From the IMG/VR virus record IMGVR_UViG_3300029740_000238: a stretch of 61,506 bases of DNA; one strand, given 5' to 3'. This document shows, one piece after another, positions 38,768-48,143 of this stretch; position 1 is the first letter of the stretch, and every line of letters begins with the position of its first letter. The notes beneath the pieces were generated by a model. The model was not told the origin of the DNA and did not search any database. It was given only the letters and a program-made list of their open reading frames with translations. Position numbers and translations under genes: made by a program. The stretch comes from a virus. Taxonomy: Duplodnaviria; Heunggongvirae; Uroviricota; Caudoviricetes.

Positions 38768-39940
38768 ATGCTAAGCATGGAAGCAGTTCTTAGCGTCGTT
38801 GGAGCTAAGACACGAGGAGGAGTATCACGCACCGGCGAAATAGAAGTCCAATGTCCTATGGGAGTATGTGGCCATAAAAAGAAACCGGTGTATTTCTCTG
38901 TAAACTTAGAAAGAGGTCAGTATAACTGCTTCCATTGCTGCAGCGGATGTCCGTACAGTGGTGGAATAGTTGACCTATTTTGTCTGTTCAATGGACTTGA
39001 CCCTAAGAAGCGGCAGGAAGCAAACAAAGCGTTGGCAAATGCTTTGGATGGCAAACCTACCGAATCGAGGATTACGTTCAAGTATCAGCCAGAACCAACA
39101 GCTGATATCAAGTCAGATGAAGAACTCGATAAGGTGTACAGAGAGGTTTTGAATGAACTGACACTGAAATCTGAACACCGGAACAATCTTCTCAAACGGG
39201 GCCTTACCAATGAGGCGATTGACAAATGCTTATATCGTTCCGTACCGGAACGCTGGGTAAGTGTCTTTGCTAAACTCAAAAAGCGAGGTATTTCTTTTGA
39301 GGGAGTTCCGGGATTCTATGAGAAGAATGGAAAGACTTTTTCCGCCTGCTCAAAATCAGGATTCTTCATCCCGTATTTCAATCCGAAAGGCCAGATTGCG
39401 GGGATGCAGATTCGATTTGACAAGGGTGACAAGCGATATCTCTGGTTCTCGTCTGCCGGATTTCAAGGCGGATGCAGTGCCAGAAACATTGCGAGTTACG
39501 GTATTCCTGGTGTTATGCCGGAATGCAAAAAAGGTCAAATCGTGTATGTTACGGAAGGGGCACTCAAAGCTCACATTGCTTGTGAGCTAAGCGAGAGTCA
39601 TGAACCGTACATAGCCCTTGCGGGAGTCAACTGCTTTAACCAATGGGAAATGACCTGTGAGTATCTGAAATCTCAAGGAATTACCCGCGTGGTGGATGCG
39701 TTCGACTCTGACCGAGAGAGTAATGAGCATGTTAAAAATGCACTTGCAAAACTTTATGAAATCGCGTCCCGATATGGTATCACGATGACTCGTTTTAACT
39801 GGGGCACGACATATAAAGGCGTGGATGACTATTACCTTGCATTTAAGCAGGGGAAAGTATTCCGGCCTTTTGTTCCGAATACCACAAACGAGACAAACAG
39901 CATAAAGTTCGTGCCGTTTGTCCCGGTGAAAACAGCATAA
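38768..39940 (+). CDS. Zinc-finger + Toprim primase-like protein
   Basis: Cys/His Zn ligands; LLKRGL; GMQIR; VTEGALKA; DAFDSD; KGVDDY. Confidence 0.8.
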   Translation: MLSMEAVLSVVGAKTRGGVSRTGEIEVQCPMGVCGHKKKPVYFSVNLERGQYNCFHCCSGCPYSGGIVDLFCLFNGLDPKKRQEANKALANALDGKPTESRITFKYQPEPTADIKSDEELDKVYREVLNELTLKSEHRNNLLKRGLTNEAIDKCLYRSVPERWVSVFAKLKKRGISFEGVPGFYEKNGKTFSACSKSGFFIPYFNPKGQIAGMQIRFDKGDKRYLWFSSAGFQGGCSARNIASYGIPGVMPECKKGQIVYVTEGALKAHIACELSESHEPYIALAGVNCFNQWEMTCEYLKSQGITRVVDAFDSDRESNEHVKNALAKLYEIASRYGITMTRFNWGTTYKGVDDYYLAFKQGKVFRPFVPNTTNETNSIKFVPFVPVKTA

Positions 39941-39956
39941 GAAAAGGAAAATTATT

Positions 39957-40919
39957 ATGGCTTACAATCAAAAAAATCAGAACACAAACAAGGAAGACGA
40001 TTTCGTCATCTACCAGCTTCAGGGACAGAAAAGCTTTCTAAAGTTCAAGATGGACTGGGCAAATATCGGCAAGCTGCATTTATCGTTTGTTGCCCATACT
40101 GGACGGCAAAATGGATGCAAGCAGACGGATTTTATCGAAGCGGCTCTCGATGTTGAGGGCAGTAGCGGTGCAATCTATCTTGCGGAAGCCGTCTTGAACG
40201 GCATGATGGGCCAAAAGCGTATCCAGGCAATCAAGAAAGCCAAGGAGACGCAGGCAAAGTATCCCGAGGAGCTCTTTGTGTACAACGGCGGAAGCCCGGC
40301 ACGCAACGACCGTCCTGTGATGTGGCGGCAAATTTCGCTCATTCCTGGTACGAAATCGGCTTATGTGTTCCAGGCAGTGGAAGCAGAAGGTATTCAGAAT
40401 CAGATGGGTGGATACCAGAAAAAGCCAGATGCGGAAGTCAAGCGCATTCTTGTCAGCTGCTCTAAGGAAGACCTGATTGGCCTTGCAGGGGCATTCAAGA
40501 TGCACTGGACCGCATATCTGTCCAACGCAGAACGGTATACTCAGCACATGACGAATCATCGGGAAGCTCCGGCTGCAGCAAGTGACGCACCTGTTCAAGC
40601 TCCGGCACCCGCTGTAACACAGGCACCTCCTGCACCGGTTCAGAACGTCAACATCCCCGACACGGCCTACACCATCTACGATTCTATCGGTAACTGGATG
40701 CGGGTCGCAGGAACCCCTGAACGGGCTCTTGAAATGCTGCAGAATGCTATTACCACGATGAAGACCAAGGATGGTTATGTTCGTCGTGATAATAAGGAAT
40801 ATGAAGCGGCGAAGGAGATGATTCTCTCTGGAGCAAAGAAGGGATTCAATACCATTACTCTGTACAACGGCGATAAGGCTGTCCAGCTGTACGTGACGGT
40901 TTGCCCGTACGTCCTCTAA
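39957..40919 (+). CDS. Hypothetical protein
   Basis: 320-aa ORF with RBS, followed by a terminator. Confidence 0.7.
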   Translation: MAYNQKNQNTNKEDDFVIYQLQGQKSFLKFKMDWANIGKLHLSFVAHTGRQNGCKQTDFIEAALDVEGSSGAIYLAEAVLNGMMGQKRIQAIKKAKETQAKYPEELFVYNGGSPARNDRPVMWRQISLIPGTKSAYVFQAVEAEGIQNQMGGYQKKPDAEVKRILVSCSKEDLIGLAGAFKMHWTAYLSNAERYTQHMTNHREAPAAASDAPVQAPAPAVTQAPPAPVQNVNIPDTAYTIYDSIGNWMRVAGTPERALEMLQNAITTMKTKDGYVRRDNKEYEAAKEMILSGAKKGFNTITLYNGDKAVQLYVTVCPYVL

Positions 40920-40927
40920 TCACAGCA

Positions 40928-40963
40928 GCAGTGGTATCTTTTAACAGATGCCACTGTTTTTTT
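40928..40963 (+). terminator. Intrinsic terminator
   Basis: cagtggtatct-tttaac-agatgccactg + T-run. Confidence 0.8.
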
Positions 40964-40968
40964 GTTTG

Positions 40969-40996
40969 TTGCTGAAACGTGCGAATTGTAGAAAAT
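40969..40996 (+). promoter_or_regulatory. TGCG-class promoter
   Basis: ttgctg-aaacgTGCGaattgta-gaaaat. Confidence 0.6.
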
Positions 40997-41036
40997 TAAA
41001 ATAGGTGGCCAGACGAACGCAAAGGAGGCGATTATT

Positions 41037-41321
41037 ATGTCGGCTATCAGTGATGTTGTGAACTATTTTCAATCTCTTTATCAATCTGGTGATATCAAGC
41101 TGGCTGTTGATATTGCATTGATTGTGATGCTGATTTGGTTTATCATGCGCGGCGTAAGTCGTTTGTTTGAGACTCTAGTTCTTGGAGCCATCACGATTTA
41201 TGGCGTAAACATGTTTCTTAATTATATTGGCGTTACGGTTGACTATCAAGGACTGTTGAGCCAGATTGGATTCTATCTGAATCAATTTCTAACCTTCATC
41301 AATAACAATTTACCGAGGTGA
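41037..41321 (+). CDS. Small membrane protein
   Basis: Two hydrophobic segments; RBS aaggagg. Confidence 0.7.
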   Translation: MSAISDVVNYFQSLYQSGDIKLAVDIALIVMLIWFIMRGVSRLFETLVLGAITIYGVNMFLNYIGVTVDYQGLLSQIGFYLNQFLTFINNNLPR

Positions 41322-41908
41322 CATTTTTGGAAGAGAATAACATTGTGCTTTCCCGCACACAACGAATGAAAGATTTTGTGAAAAGTTGGGCACTGCCGGT
41401 CATTTGCTTTGTGGTGTTCTGGCTGATTTTTAAATTTGTCCTTATGACTTCCATTATCCCAACACAGTCAATGTATCCGACTCTTTCGGCACCGTGTTTC
41501 ACAGTTGGGGTGAGAACGAACGTTCTGAGTAAGCCCTACGAGCGCGGTGACATTGTTCTGTTTCAACGCGGTGATGGCAACGAACGCTTTTATGCCAAAC
41601 GAATCGTTGGTATGCCTGGAGATGTGCTGGAAATCAAGCACGGGCAGACATATATTAACGGTGTCGAATACGAAGAATCTTATTTGAACGAAACACCGGA
41701 AGACCTTGACTTTGGACCGTTTCAGGTTCCGGAAGACCATTATTTTATGATGGGCGACAACCGAAACAATTCGTATGATTCTCGGTATTGGGATGAACAT
41801 TTCGTTCCGGCCAACAAGGTTATGTCTAAGGTGTATCTGCATTTTCATCTGGGACTTTCAGACAAAGACTCACAAGATGATATGGCTGTTCAGAAAGGAG
41901 AAAACTGA
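41318..41908 (+). CDS. lepB: Signal peptidase I
   Basis: TM + SMYPTL, RGDIV, KRIVGMPGD, YFMMGDNRNNSYDSRYW. Confidence 0.92.
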   Translation: MTFLEENNIVLSRTQRMKDFVKSWALPVICFVVFWLIFKFVLMTSIIPTQSMYPTLSAPCFTVGVRTNVLSKPYERGDIVLFQRGDGNERFYAKRIVGMPGDVLEIKHGQTYINGVEYEESYLNETPEDLDFGPFQVPEDHYFMMGDNRNNSYDSRYWDEHFVPANKVMSKVYLHFHLGLSDKDSQDDMAVQKGEN

Positions 41909-42369
41909 TGGGTAACAACAAAAAGCGGGCAAAGAGCGCTGCTGAAAATCCGATTATTATCATTGCCGTTTTCTTGGTACTGGTTGCAATCACGCTGATT
42001 GCGAGCTTTGCTGTTGCGAAAGCCAACAAGATTGATATTACCGAGCTTGTTTTGAACGGTGATATTGAGCTTCAGGTTGGTGAAGAGGAAGCAGTTGGCT
42101 TCAACGTTGCCACCGCAAAAACCGAGGACAACGACAAGGTAGTTGCCGCTGTAAATCGGCTGAAACTGGTCTGGACCGTGGAAAATGAATCTGTTGCGGT
42201 TTACGATGACAGTGAAGGCGTATTGCGAGGCGTGTCTGAGGGTTCTACCGTCTTAACTTTGGCTACCGAAGACGGTAAATTCTCTGATTCCTGCACTGTA
42301 ACTGTTGTTCCGGCAGAAGCCGGGCAGACACCGGAATCAGCCGCAACAACAGCAGAAACGGCAAATTGA
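41908..42369 (+). CDS. Membrane-anchored Ig-like (Big_2) domain protein
   Basis: TM, then LVWTVENESVA...GVLRGVSEGSTVLTLATEDGKFSDSCTVTV. Confidence 0.75.
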   Translation: MGNNKKRAKSAAENPIIIIAVFLVLVAITLIASFAVAKANKIDITELVLNGDIELQVGEEEAVGFNVATAKTEDNDKVVAAVNRLKLVWTVENESVAVYDDSEGVLRGVSEGSTVLTLATEDGKFSDSCTVTVVPAEAGQTPESAATTAETAN

Positions 42370-42459
42370 GAAATCGCGGCAAGGGTTCTTTGGTGAGCGG
42401 CTTTTTTGCGCTTCCTTTTATCTGGCAGCAGGGAAAATCTAGTTTTGCACTATTTTCAC

Positions 42460-42598
42460 TTGCCCATTTATGCGAACTGAATACAATAAAAATTGTACGA
42501 TAGATAACAAACATCGATACGGGCATAATGCCTTTCGTACAATTCACAATTCGCTTAAAGAGGCGGACTTCCCACATCGGGAGGCCCGCCTCTTTTTG
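42460..42598 (+). promoter_or_regulatory. TGCG promoter + leader/attenuator, copy E
   Basis: ttgccc-N16-tacaat; aattgtacga/tcgtacaatt stem; terminator aaagaggcggacttccc/gggaggcccgcctcttt. Confidence 0.85.
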
Positions 42599-42624
42599 CA
42601 TTATAAAAAAGGAGCGTAAGAATT

Positions 42625-43887
42625 ATGACCACTACTATCAACAACACCACCACTACCAACAACAATGTAACCATGAACGCACCTGCCTCAGCAACTAGCG
42701 CGGTCGTCAACACAACCATCAACACAGCTGCCGTGACACCCAACTTAAAGGACCCCGACCTTGTGGATTTCACACTGGATGGGGCAGAAGCACAGTACAA
42801 GGCTGGCGAGTACGACAAGCTGCTTGCACAGTGCAAGCAGGACGCAGCAAATACTAAATGGCTTGAGGAGGGGATTCGTGACATTCGTTTTGAAGCGAGT
42901 CATGATGAACCTCTTTGTGCGGATGAATACGCCAAGCAGATGAAAGTGAGCGAGGAAGCGGTCCTTGATACGCAGCAGAACGCAGGGCTGAATCTGACCA
43001 CCTGTATCGGCAAGAAGCCAGTAGGTGACAGTGCAGTCCGCAGCATTTGTGACAGAGGCATGATTGGCATGAACTGCTACGAACTGCTTCGCAAAGAACG
43101 CCGCGAGAGCTTGAAAGAGGTCTTGAACCTTATCCTGGCAGAACGGAAAGGTGCGGTACAGGTTAAGTACAGTTACGACAAGGTTCGTGCTGTGCATTCT
43201 GCCCGCTATGCAGCTATCGGAAACGATAAGCTCCTGAAAATCATGGACGATTATATGGACCAGAACTGGCCTGACCGTGAATTCGAAGGCGGCTATTTGT
43301 CTCACGAACTTATGAAAGTGGTCATCGACCTTGGAGCCTACAAGCAGCAGTTCTTCCGCAAACTTCCTTCTGGATTTTCTGCGGGGTATACTCCGGCAGT
43401 TATGATGATTAGCTCGGATGTTGCTGCATCTGCTGTACGCCTGATTCCGTGCTTGAATATGGGCAGCGGCATTGTGGCACCCATGGCTAAAGATGTGGCA
43501 ATTCCGCATATCGGTGAAGACATTGCAGCACGAGTTACGAATGCTTTTGTGGCTTTGCTTGCGTATTTTGACGATGCAGCTACCGACCTGGATAAGCTGC
43601 GTAATGTTCCAATTCGCAACAGTAAAGCAGCGCTTGTTCGCGTTTTGAAAAGCGGTGGTATGCCGAAGCAGGAAGCACTGGAAGCTCTCGAAGGTTTTGA
43701 CGCTTTGTATGGCGATATGCCTGTAACTGCTTTGGATATCTACTTGGCAGTATGCGATGCATACGCTGGTGTGGTTCGCAATCACACTCAGGATGCTAAG
43801 AAGATTTTCGCTGCCGCTGACTGCGTTGCACGCTGCGCTCGTACTCGCTGGAGCGATGTGGATATGCCTGGTAAGGAGGAGCTGTAA
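42625..43887 (+). CDS. DUF932-like protein
   Basis: VRAVHSARY..I.N and ISSDVAASAV resemble DUF932 motifs; upstream of YqaJ. Confidence 0.5.
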   Translation: MTTTINNTTTTNNNVTMNAPASATSAVVNTTINTAAVTPNLKDPDLVDFTLDGAEAQYKAGEYDKLLAQCKQDAANTKWLEEGIRDIRFEASHDEPLCADEYAKQMKVSEEAVLDTQQNAGLNLTTCIGKKPVGDSAVRSICDRGMIGMNCYELLRKERRESLKEVLNLILAERKGAVQVKYSYDKVRAVHSARYAAIGNDKLLKIMDDYMDQNWPDREFEGGYLSHELMKVVIDLGAYKQQFFRKLPSGFSAGYTPAVMMISSDVAASAVRLIPCLNMGSGIVAPMAKDVAIPHIGEDIAARVTNAFVALLAYFDDAATDLDKLRNVPIRNSKAALVRVLKSGGMPKQEALEALEGFDALYGDMPVTALDIYLAVCDAYAGVVRNHTQDAKKIFAAADCVARCARTRWSDVDMPGKEEL

Positions 43888-43976
43888 TGGTAAAACCTAA
43901 AAATGTATTTATCCTGCTGGTTATAGCCGTACTTGTGTATGGCTTGTGCCGCTGACTTTGAAAGGAGAAACAACCA

Positions 43977-45158
43977 ATGGCAAGCTATGATGGCACCAAC
44001 AAATCCAGTGCGGGATGTGCGCAACATCTCCCGTACTGGGAAATCAATACTCCCTACACCAGGGAACTCTACAATGAGGCAATGGCCGAGGCAAGCCCGG
44101 AAGCAGTTAAATTCTGTAACCCGGACGGCTATAATGGCCCTGAAATCGAGGTCGATGCAAGCACCTTGACGGAGGACCAGTGGCAGGCACGGCGTGCAGA
44201 CCATTTGGGCGGTTCTGACATTTCTGCTATCTTTGGCGCAAACAAATTCAAGACGAATCTTGATTTGTTCTACGCCAAGACTGGAAAGCAGCCGATTGTC
44301 CCGGAAGAAGAAACTTCTCAATCCCGGTTGAATAAGCTGTGGGGTCATATCTCGGAGGAGTATGTAGACGCTTGGCTGTCGGAACGGTATCCGTACAACG
44401 ATATCATCACCGATACCAACATCTATTCCATGCCGGGAAAGCCTTATATCACGGCCAACATTGACCGTATGATGCGCAAGCCGGACGGCTCGTATTGCTT
44501 GGTGGAAATCAAAACTACGAGCTCGTTCAACAAGGCTGAGTGGGAGAATGGCAATATTCCTATTCCGTACATCTATCAGGTTCGCACTTATATGGCGATT
44601 CTTGGCGTTTGGGAATGCGTTGTGGTCTGCATGTTTGACCGCGATACGCTTATCGCAAATACCATCAAACGTGACCTTGATGAGGAGATGCGCATTATCC
44701 AGGGATGTGACGACTTCTGGCAAAACCATGTTGTCCCGCGTATCCCGCCCGAACCTCTTGGTGATACCAAAGCCCTCATGGATACCCTGCATCGTTATAC
44801 CGGCGATGCCAACAAGTCTGCGCCCGGCATTTTGTTGGGCTCTGAATACGCAGAACTCTGTAAAGAGTATACGGACGCTTATGCTAAGTATAAGGCTGCC
44901 AGCGATGTAGCTAAAGGGTACGAAGCCCAGTACAAAAAGCTGGCAGTGCCTTTTGCGATGGCTATGGGCGTTAGTACCCAAGGGACTGTCATTGGTCCAG
45001 ATGGACTCAAATGGCTTGTTAAGCTCACCCCCAAGATGAGCAACGCATCCGTTGACCGGCAGAAACTCGAAGCATTGTACCCCGATGCTTTCAAAGCCTG
45101 TGACGTTCCCAGACGTGAAACGAGCCGGACATTAACGATAAAGGTGGTAAAGAAATGA
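43977..45158 (+). CDS. YqaJ-like viral recombinase / lambda-type exonuclease
   Basis: WQARR..LGGSD, ANIDR, LVEIKT, YIYQVRTYMA. Confidence 0.9.
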   Translation: MASYDGTNKSSAGCAQHLPYWEINTPYTRELYNEAMAEASPEAVKFCNPDGYNGPEIEVDASTLTEDQWQARRADHLGGSDISAIFGANKFKTNLDLFYAKTGKQPIVPEEETSQSRLNKLWGHISEEYVDAWLSERYPYNDIITDTNIYSMPGKPYITANIDRMMRKPDGSYCLVEIKTTSSFNKAEWENGNIPIPYIYQVRTYMAILGVWECVVVCMFDRDTLIANTIKRDLDEEMRIIQGCDDFWQNHVVPRIPPEPLGDTKALMDTLHRYTGDANKSAPGILLGSEYAELCKEYTDAYAKYKAASDVAKGYEAQYKKLAVPFAMAMGVSTQGTVIGPDGLKWLVKLTPKMSNASVDRQKLEALYPDAFKACDVPRRETSRTLTIKVVKK

Positions 45159-45385
45159 CATTACGAGAACATACTGGACGTACGGTCGAGTTCAAGCTGG
45201 TTGACCGTAATACCAACATCGATTTTGCAGAGGATTGGCTGAATGCCGGGGTTCTGCAGCGTGACACTGATGGAGCGTATCTTGTTGACGACATTGATTA
45301 TATTCTCGATTATGTGAAAGATGCAATCAAGGGATGCAATCCAGATGTAGAAGGCAAGTTGAATGCAAATTTATTTTGCTTTTAA
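45155..45385 (+). CDS. Hypothetical protein
   Basis: 76-aa ORF translationally coupled to YqaJ (ATGA overlap). Confidence 0.6.
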   Translation: MTLREHTGRTVEFKLVDRNTNIDFAEDWLNAGVLQRDTDGAYLVDDIDYILDYVKDAIKGCNPDVEGKLNANLFCF

Positions 45386-45397
45386 TTCGCTTTTTGC

Positions 45398-45570
45398 TTG
45401 ACAGTGTATGCGGCCGGAGTAAAATGTTAATTAGTTAATAGATATCATCTTACTTCCACAGCGGCAGCTTGAAAAGTTGTCCTCCGGAACCAAATCCGGT
45501 CGTGGTTCATTTTTCATAATTCGCTTAGAAGCGGACTTCCTGTTTTCAGGGAGCCCGCTTTTTTGTTTTG
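45398..45570 (+). promoter_or_regulatory. TGCG promoter + leader/attenuator, copy F (expanded)
   Basis: ttgaca-N16-taaaat; atagatatca; ttcataattcgcttagaagcggacttcc...ggagcccgctttttt. Confidence 0.75.
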
Positions 45571-45670
45571 AATTCCCAGTGCATTGCACTGTTTTTAATA
45601 GATGTCCGAACAGCTACACATATGTGTTAGTCTGTACAACAAATCACAACCCAAACAAGAAAGGACAATC

Positions 45671-45955
45671 ATGAAAATGAAAAACTTCAAAATCAACTCC
45701 GAAAACATAACCAACATCGCTGCACGAATTGTCGTTGCAGTCGGTATCGTCGTCCTGGCTTTTGTCGCGTTCAAACTCGCAGCATTTCTCCTGACCAAAA
45801 TTTTGTTCCCTTTGCTGGGCGGTCTGGTTCAGATACTCTTCGAGGCAACTAGCTGGATTATCCCGCTGTTCCTCATCAGCCGCACCAAGACTTTCCAGAA
45901 GGCTTATAACGCAGTTCGTGGAAAGCACGAGGAGAAGGAGAACAAAAACAAATAA
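45671..45955 (+). CDS. Small membrane protein
   Basis: RBS gaaagga; long hydrophobic segments; terminator-like hairpin at about 45975-46012. Confidence 0.65.
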   Translation: MKMKNFKINSENITNIAARIVVAVGIVVLAFVAFKLAAFLLTKILFPLLGGLVQILFEATSWIIPLFLISRTKTFQKAYNAVRGKHEEKENKNK

Positions 45956-46195
45956 CAGCACAGCCTTTGTCCGGCACGGCTCATCTGCTTAAAGCGGGTG
46001 GGCCGTTTTTTTGTTGCAAAATATGAGGATGGCAAAAAATGAATGTGTACAAAAGTATAGGCTTGAAAGAGGCAATCGAATACGCGAATGGAAATCTCTC
46101 GAATGCTAAGGTCGCACAGGTGACATCGGAACAGGAACCCCATGTGCAGAAAGACCCAAATGGAGAACAGCGGTGATTCATATGCTTTTTGCTGC

Positions 46196-46303
46196 TTGCA
46201 CATCTGTGCGGGTTGGGTACAATTATAAATGTAGCATGGATACCATCTCATTTAACTTATCATTAACACTCATGCGTTCGGTTGCTACACCGGGCGCTTT
46301 TTT
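46196..46303 (+). promoter_or_regulatory. TGCG promoter + leader/attenuator, copy G (variant)
   Basis: ttgcac-N16-tacaat; tgtagcatggatacca; terminator gcgttcggt/accgggcgc + T-run. Confidence 0.7.
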
Positions 46304-46329
46304 GATATACAAAGGAGGATTTTTTGATT

Positions 46330-47976
46330 ATGTCATTTTATTATAAACCAGAATGGTGCTTATATGCTGCCAGCGAAGTGGAACGAAATCAGGCTGCAAA
46401 AAAGCGCTTTGTTGATGAATATGAAAGCAATGTTTGCTACCGTAAGGAAGCCAAAAACCTACTCAATGATAAAATAATGGGCTTAACGGAAGTCGTACCT
46501 TCTCGTCGTGCCGATACGGTGAAGGTGGCTGCCGTTATGAGTTATTTACTATTCAATGAAAACAAGCCAAAATGGACAAAACTTGTACAGCTGCTGGGAC
46601 GCGATTTTTCCTATATGCCTCGAATGGTAAGTGCAATGTACGCAGGTACGAAGGCAGCATACGATTTCACAGATGAAATCAACAAACCGGAGAACGTGGC
46701 AAAGAGATATCTGTTTTTCTTGTACGGATATGCCAGCCCGGAAAGCCAGCTTCCCCAAAACAAAGATGTCTATGATATCTGGACCCGAAATTTGGCAAAT
46801 TCAGAAGGCGAAGACAGCGCCATCCAAAGAGAATTCTTTGCGAAACTTGGCACAGGCGTACAGAAAACAATTAGTGACCTTCAGAACAAAGTGATTGCCG
46901 ATATGAACAAAGCAACTATTGATGTGAAAGTAAACGATAACTTAACAATCCAAAAGACAGAATTCAGTGATTCGAATTACTCCATCATGTGTGATGGCTA
47001 TGCTATCTGTGAAGATGCTATGTGTCAGGCAGGCGTTGGCTTCAAACCAGTAGCAAACAGACCTCTAACAAAACAAGAGTTCCGTAATATGCAGGCGAAT
47101 CTCGCGGAGGATGTTCAGTTTGTCTGCAAAGAGGACGATGACAGCTTTTGCTTTGGCATGCTGGAGGCCCTTGTCATGGATGGACTTATCACCGTTGATG
47201 ATAAGAACAACATGCTGATTTCCCAGAAAGTATCGCAGCAGACGCTTAATCTTATCAATCTTTATAACTTTATGCTTCCTGTTTACGCGTCAGTCTACAA
47301 CTTGGCGAATGCTTACGCCGATGAAATTCGTAGAGCTGTTTCGCGTGAGCTGTTTGGACAGGATGAGGGTACTTCGGATGAAATGTTCGTTAAGCAGATT
47401 GACGCTCTGAACAAAAAGCTGGTAGACGCAGAGGCTTGTGTAGAGCGAGCTGAAAACAAGGCAGCTGATGCAGACAAGCTGCTGCAGCAGAGTAAGAAGC
47501 GCGAAAACGCTCTGACATCCAAGCTGGAAACGGCGTATGCGGAGATTGACGAACTGATGCAGCTGGTTCCGGAAGAGACAGAGGATGATTTGTCAGATGA
47601 GCAGGAGGCTCTTGAGGAAGAAACCTTGCAGCCTGACGATGAACCCGATGTCGATTATGGAAAAAAGCTGGATGAACTACTTCAGAAATATTCGGTTGCT
47701 GTCGTTGGCGGCAATCAAAACCTGATGAAGCGATTCCAAGTTCTTCATCCCGATGCCATCTATGTGAGCAAAGATATGGTGGCGGCCTGTGACCAGATGA
47801 TTCACGCTGCAGACCTTGTGCTCTGCAAGGTGGATTCCATGTCTCATGCACTTTACAATAAATGCAAAGTGACATGCCATCGTTATGATATTCAGATGAA
47901 CTATCTGCCGAATGTCACATCCTGCACGCGCCTTGAAAAATGTATGTGCGAGATGATTGAGGCACTCTCTGCTTGA
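46330..47976 (+). CDS. Coiled-coil protein with C-terminal DUF2325-like domain
   Basis: Coiled coil, then VAVVGG...ADLVLCKVDSMSH. Confidence 0.65.
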   Translation: MSFYYKPEWCLYAASEVERNQAAKKRFVDEYESNVCYRKEAKNLLNDKIMGLTEVVPSRRADTVKVAAVMSYLLFNENKPKWTKLVQLLGRDFSYMPRMVSAMYAGTKAAYDFTDEINKPENVAKRYLFFLYGYASPESQLPQNKDVYDIWTRNLANSEGEDSAIQREFFAKLGTGVQKTISDLQNKVIADMNKATIDVKVNDNLTIQKTEFSDSNYSIMCDGYAICEDAMCQAGVGFKPVANRPLTKQEFRNMQANLAEDVQFVCKEDDDSFCFGMLEALVMDGLITVDDKNNMLISQKVSQQTLNLINLYNFMLPVYASVYNLANAYADEIRRAVSRELFGQDEGTSDEMFVKQIDALNKKLVDAEACVERAENKAADADKLLQQSKKRENALTSKLETAYAEIDELMQLVPEETEDDLSDEQEALEEETLQPDDEPDVDYGKKLDELLQKYSVAVVGGNQNLMKRFQVLHPDAIYVSKDMVAACDQMIHAADLVLCKVDSMSHALYNKCKVTCHRYDIQMNYLPNVTSCTRLEKCMCEMIEALSA

Positions 47977-48112
47977 CGGATTGTGCGGCACGGATAAAAT
48001 AATAAATGTACGATGGATAACATTGAACGGTTTCATACGTTTGGGACCCGTCGCACAATTTACATTCTGCTGATATAGGCAGCCATCCTTTACCGGGTGG
48101 CTGCCTATTTTT
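47973..48112 (+). promoter_or_regulatory. TGCG promoter + leader/attenuator, copy H
   Basis: ttgacg-N16-taaaat; tgtacgatggataaca; terminator ataggcagccatcc/gggtggctgcctat + T-run. Confidence 0.8.
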
Positions 48113-48143
48113 ATCGGCATATCAAATAGAAAGGAGTTTATCA

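Noticed and set aside
42625..42730. Thr/Asn-rich N-terminus as an amino-acid-sensing leader peptide
   Set aside because: It is in frame with the full protein and lies downstream of the terminator, and the other cassettes lack such a run.
32843..42884. Similar minus-strand peptides (QKEAGLPxWEVR..., NAKRGGPP...GSPPL) suggesting a repeated small gene
   Set aside because: They are translations of the repeated leader/terminator DNA, with inconsistent starts and lengths.
21738..45158. Prophage interpretation from DUF1064, YqaJ, HD and SSAP genes
   Set aside because: No terminase, portal, capsid, tail, holin or integrase was recognised; these families also occur on conjugative elements.
46039..46176. 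45-aa small ORF before cassette G
   Set aside because: Weak RBS and no recognisable features; it cannot be supported beyond being an open frame.
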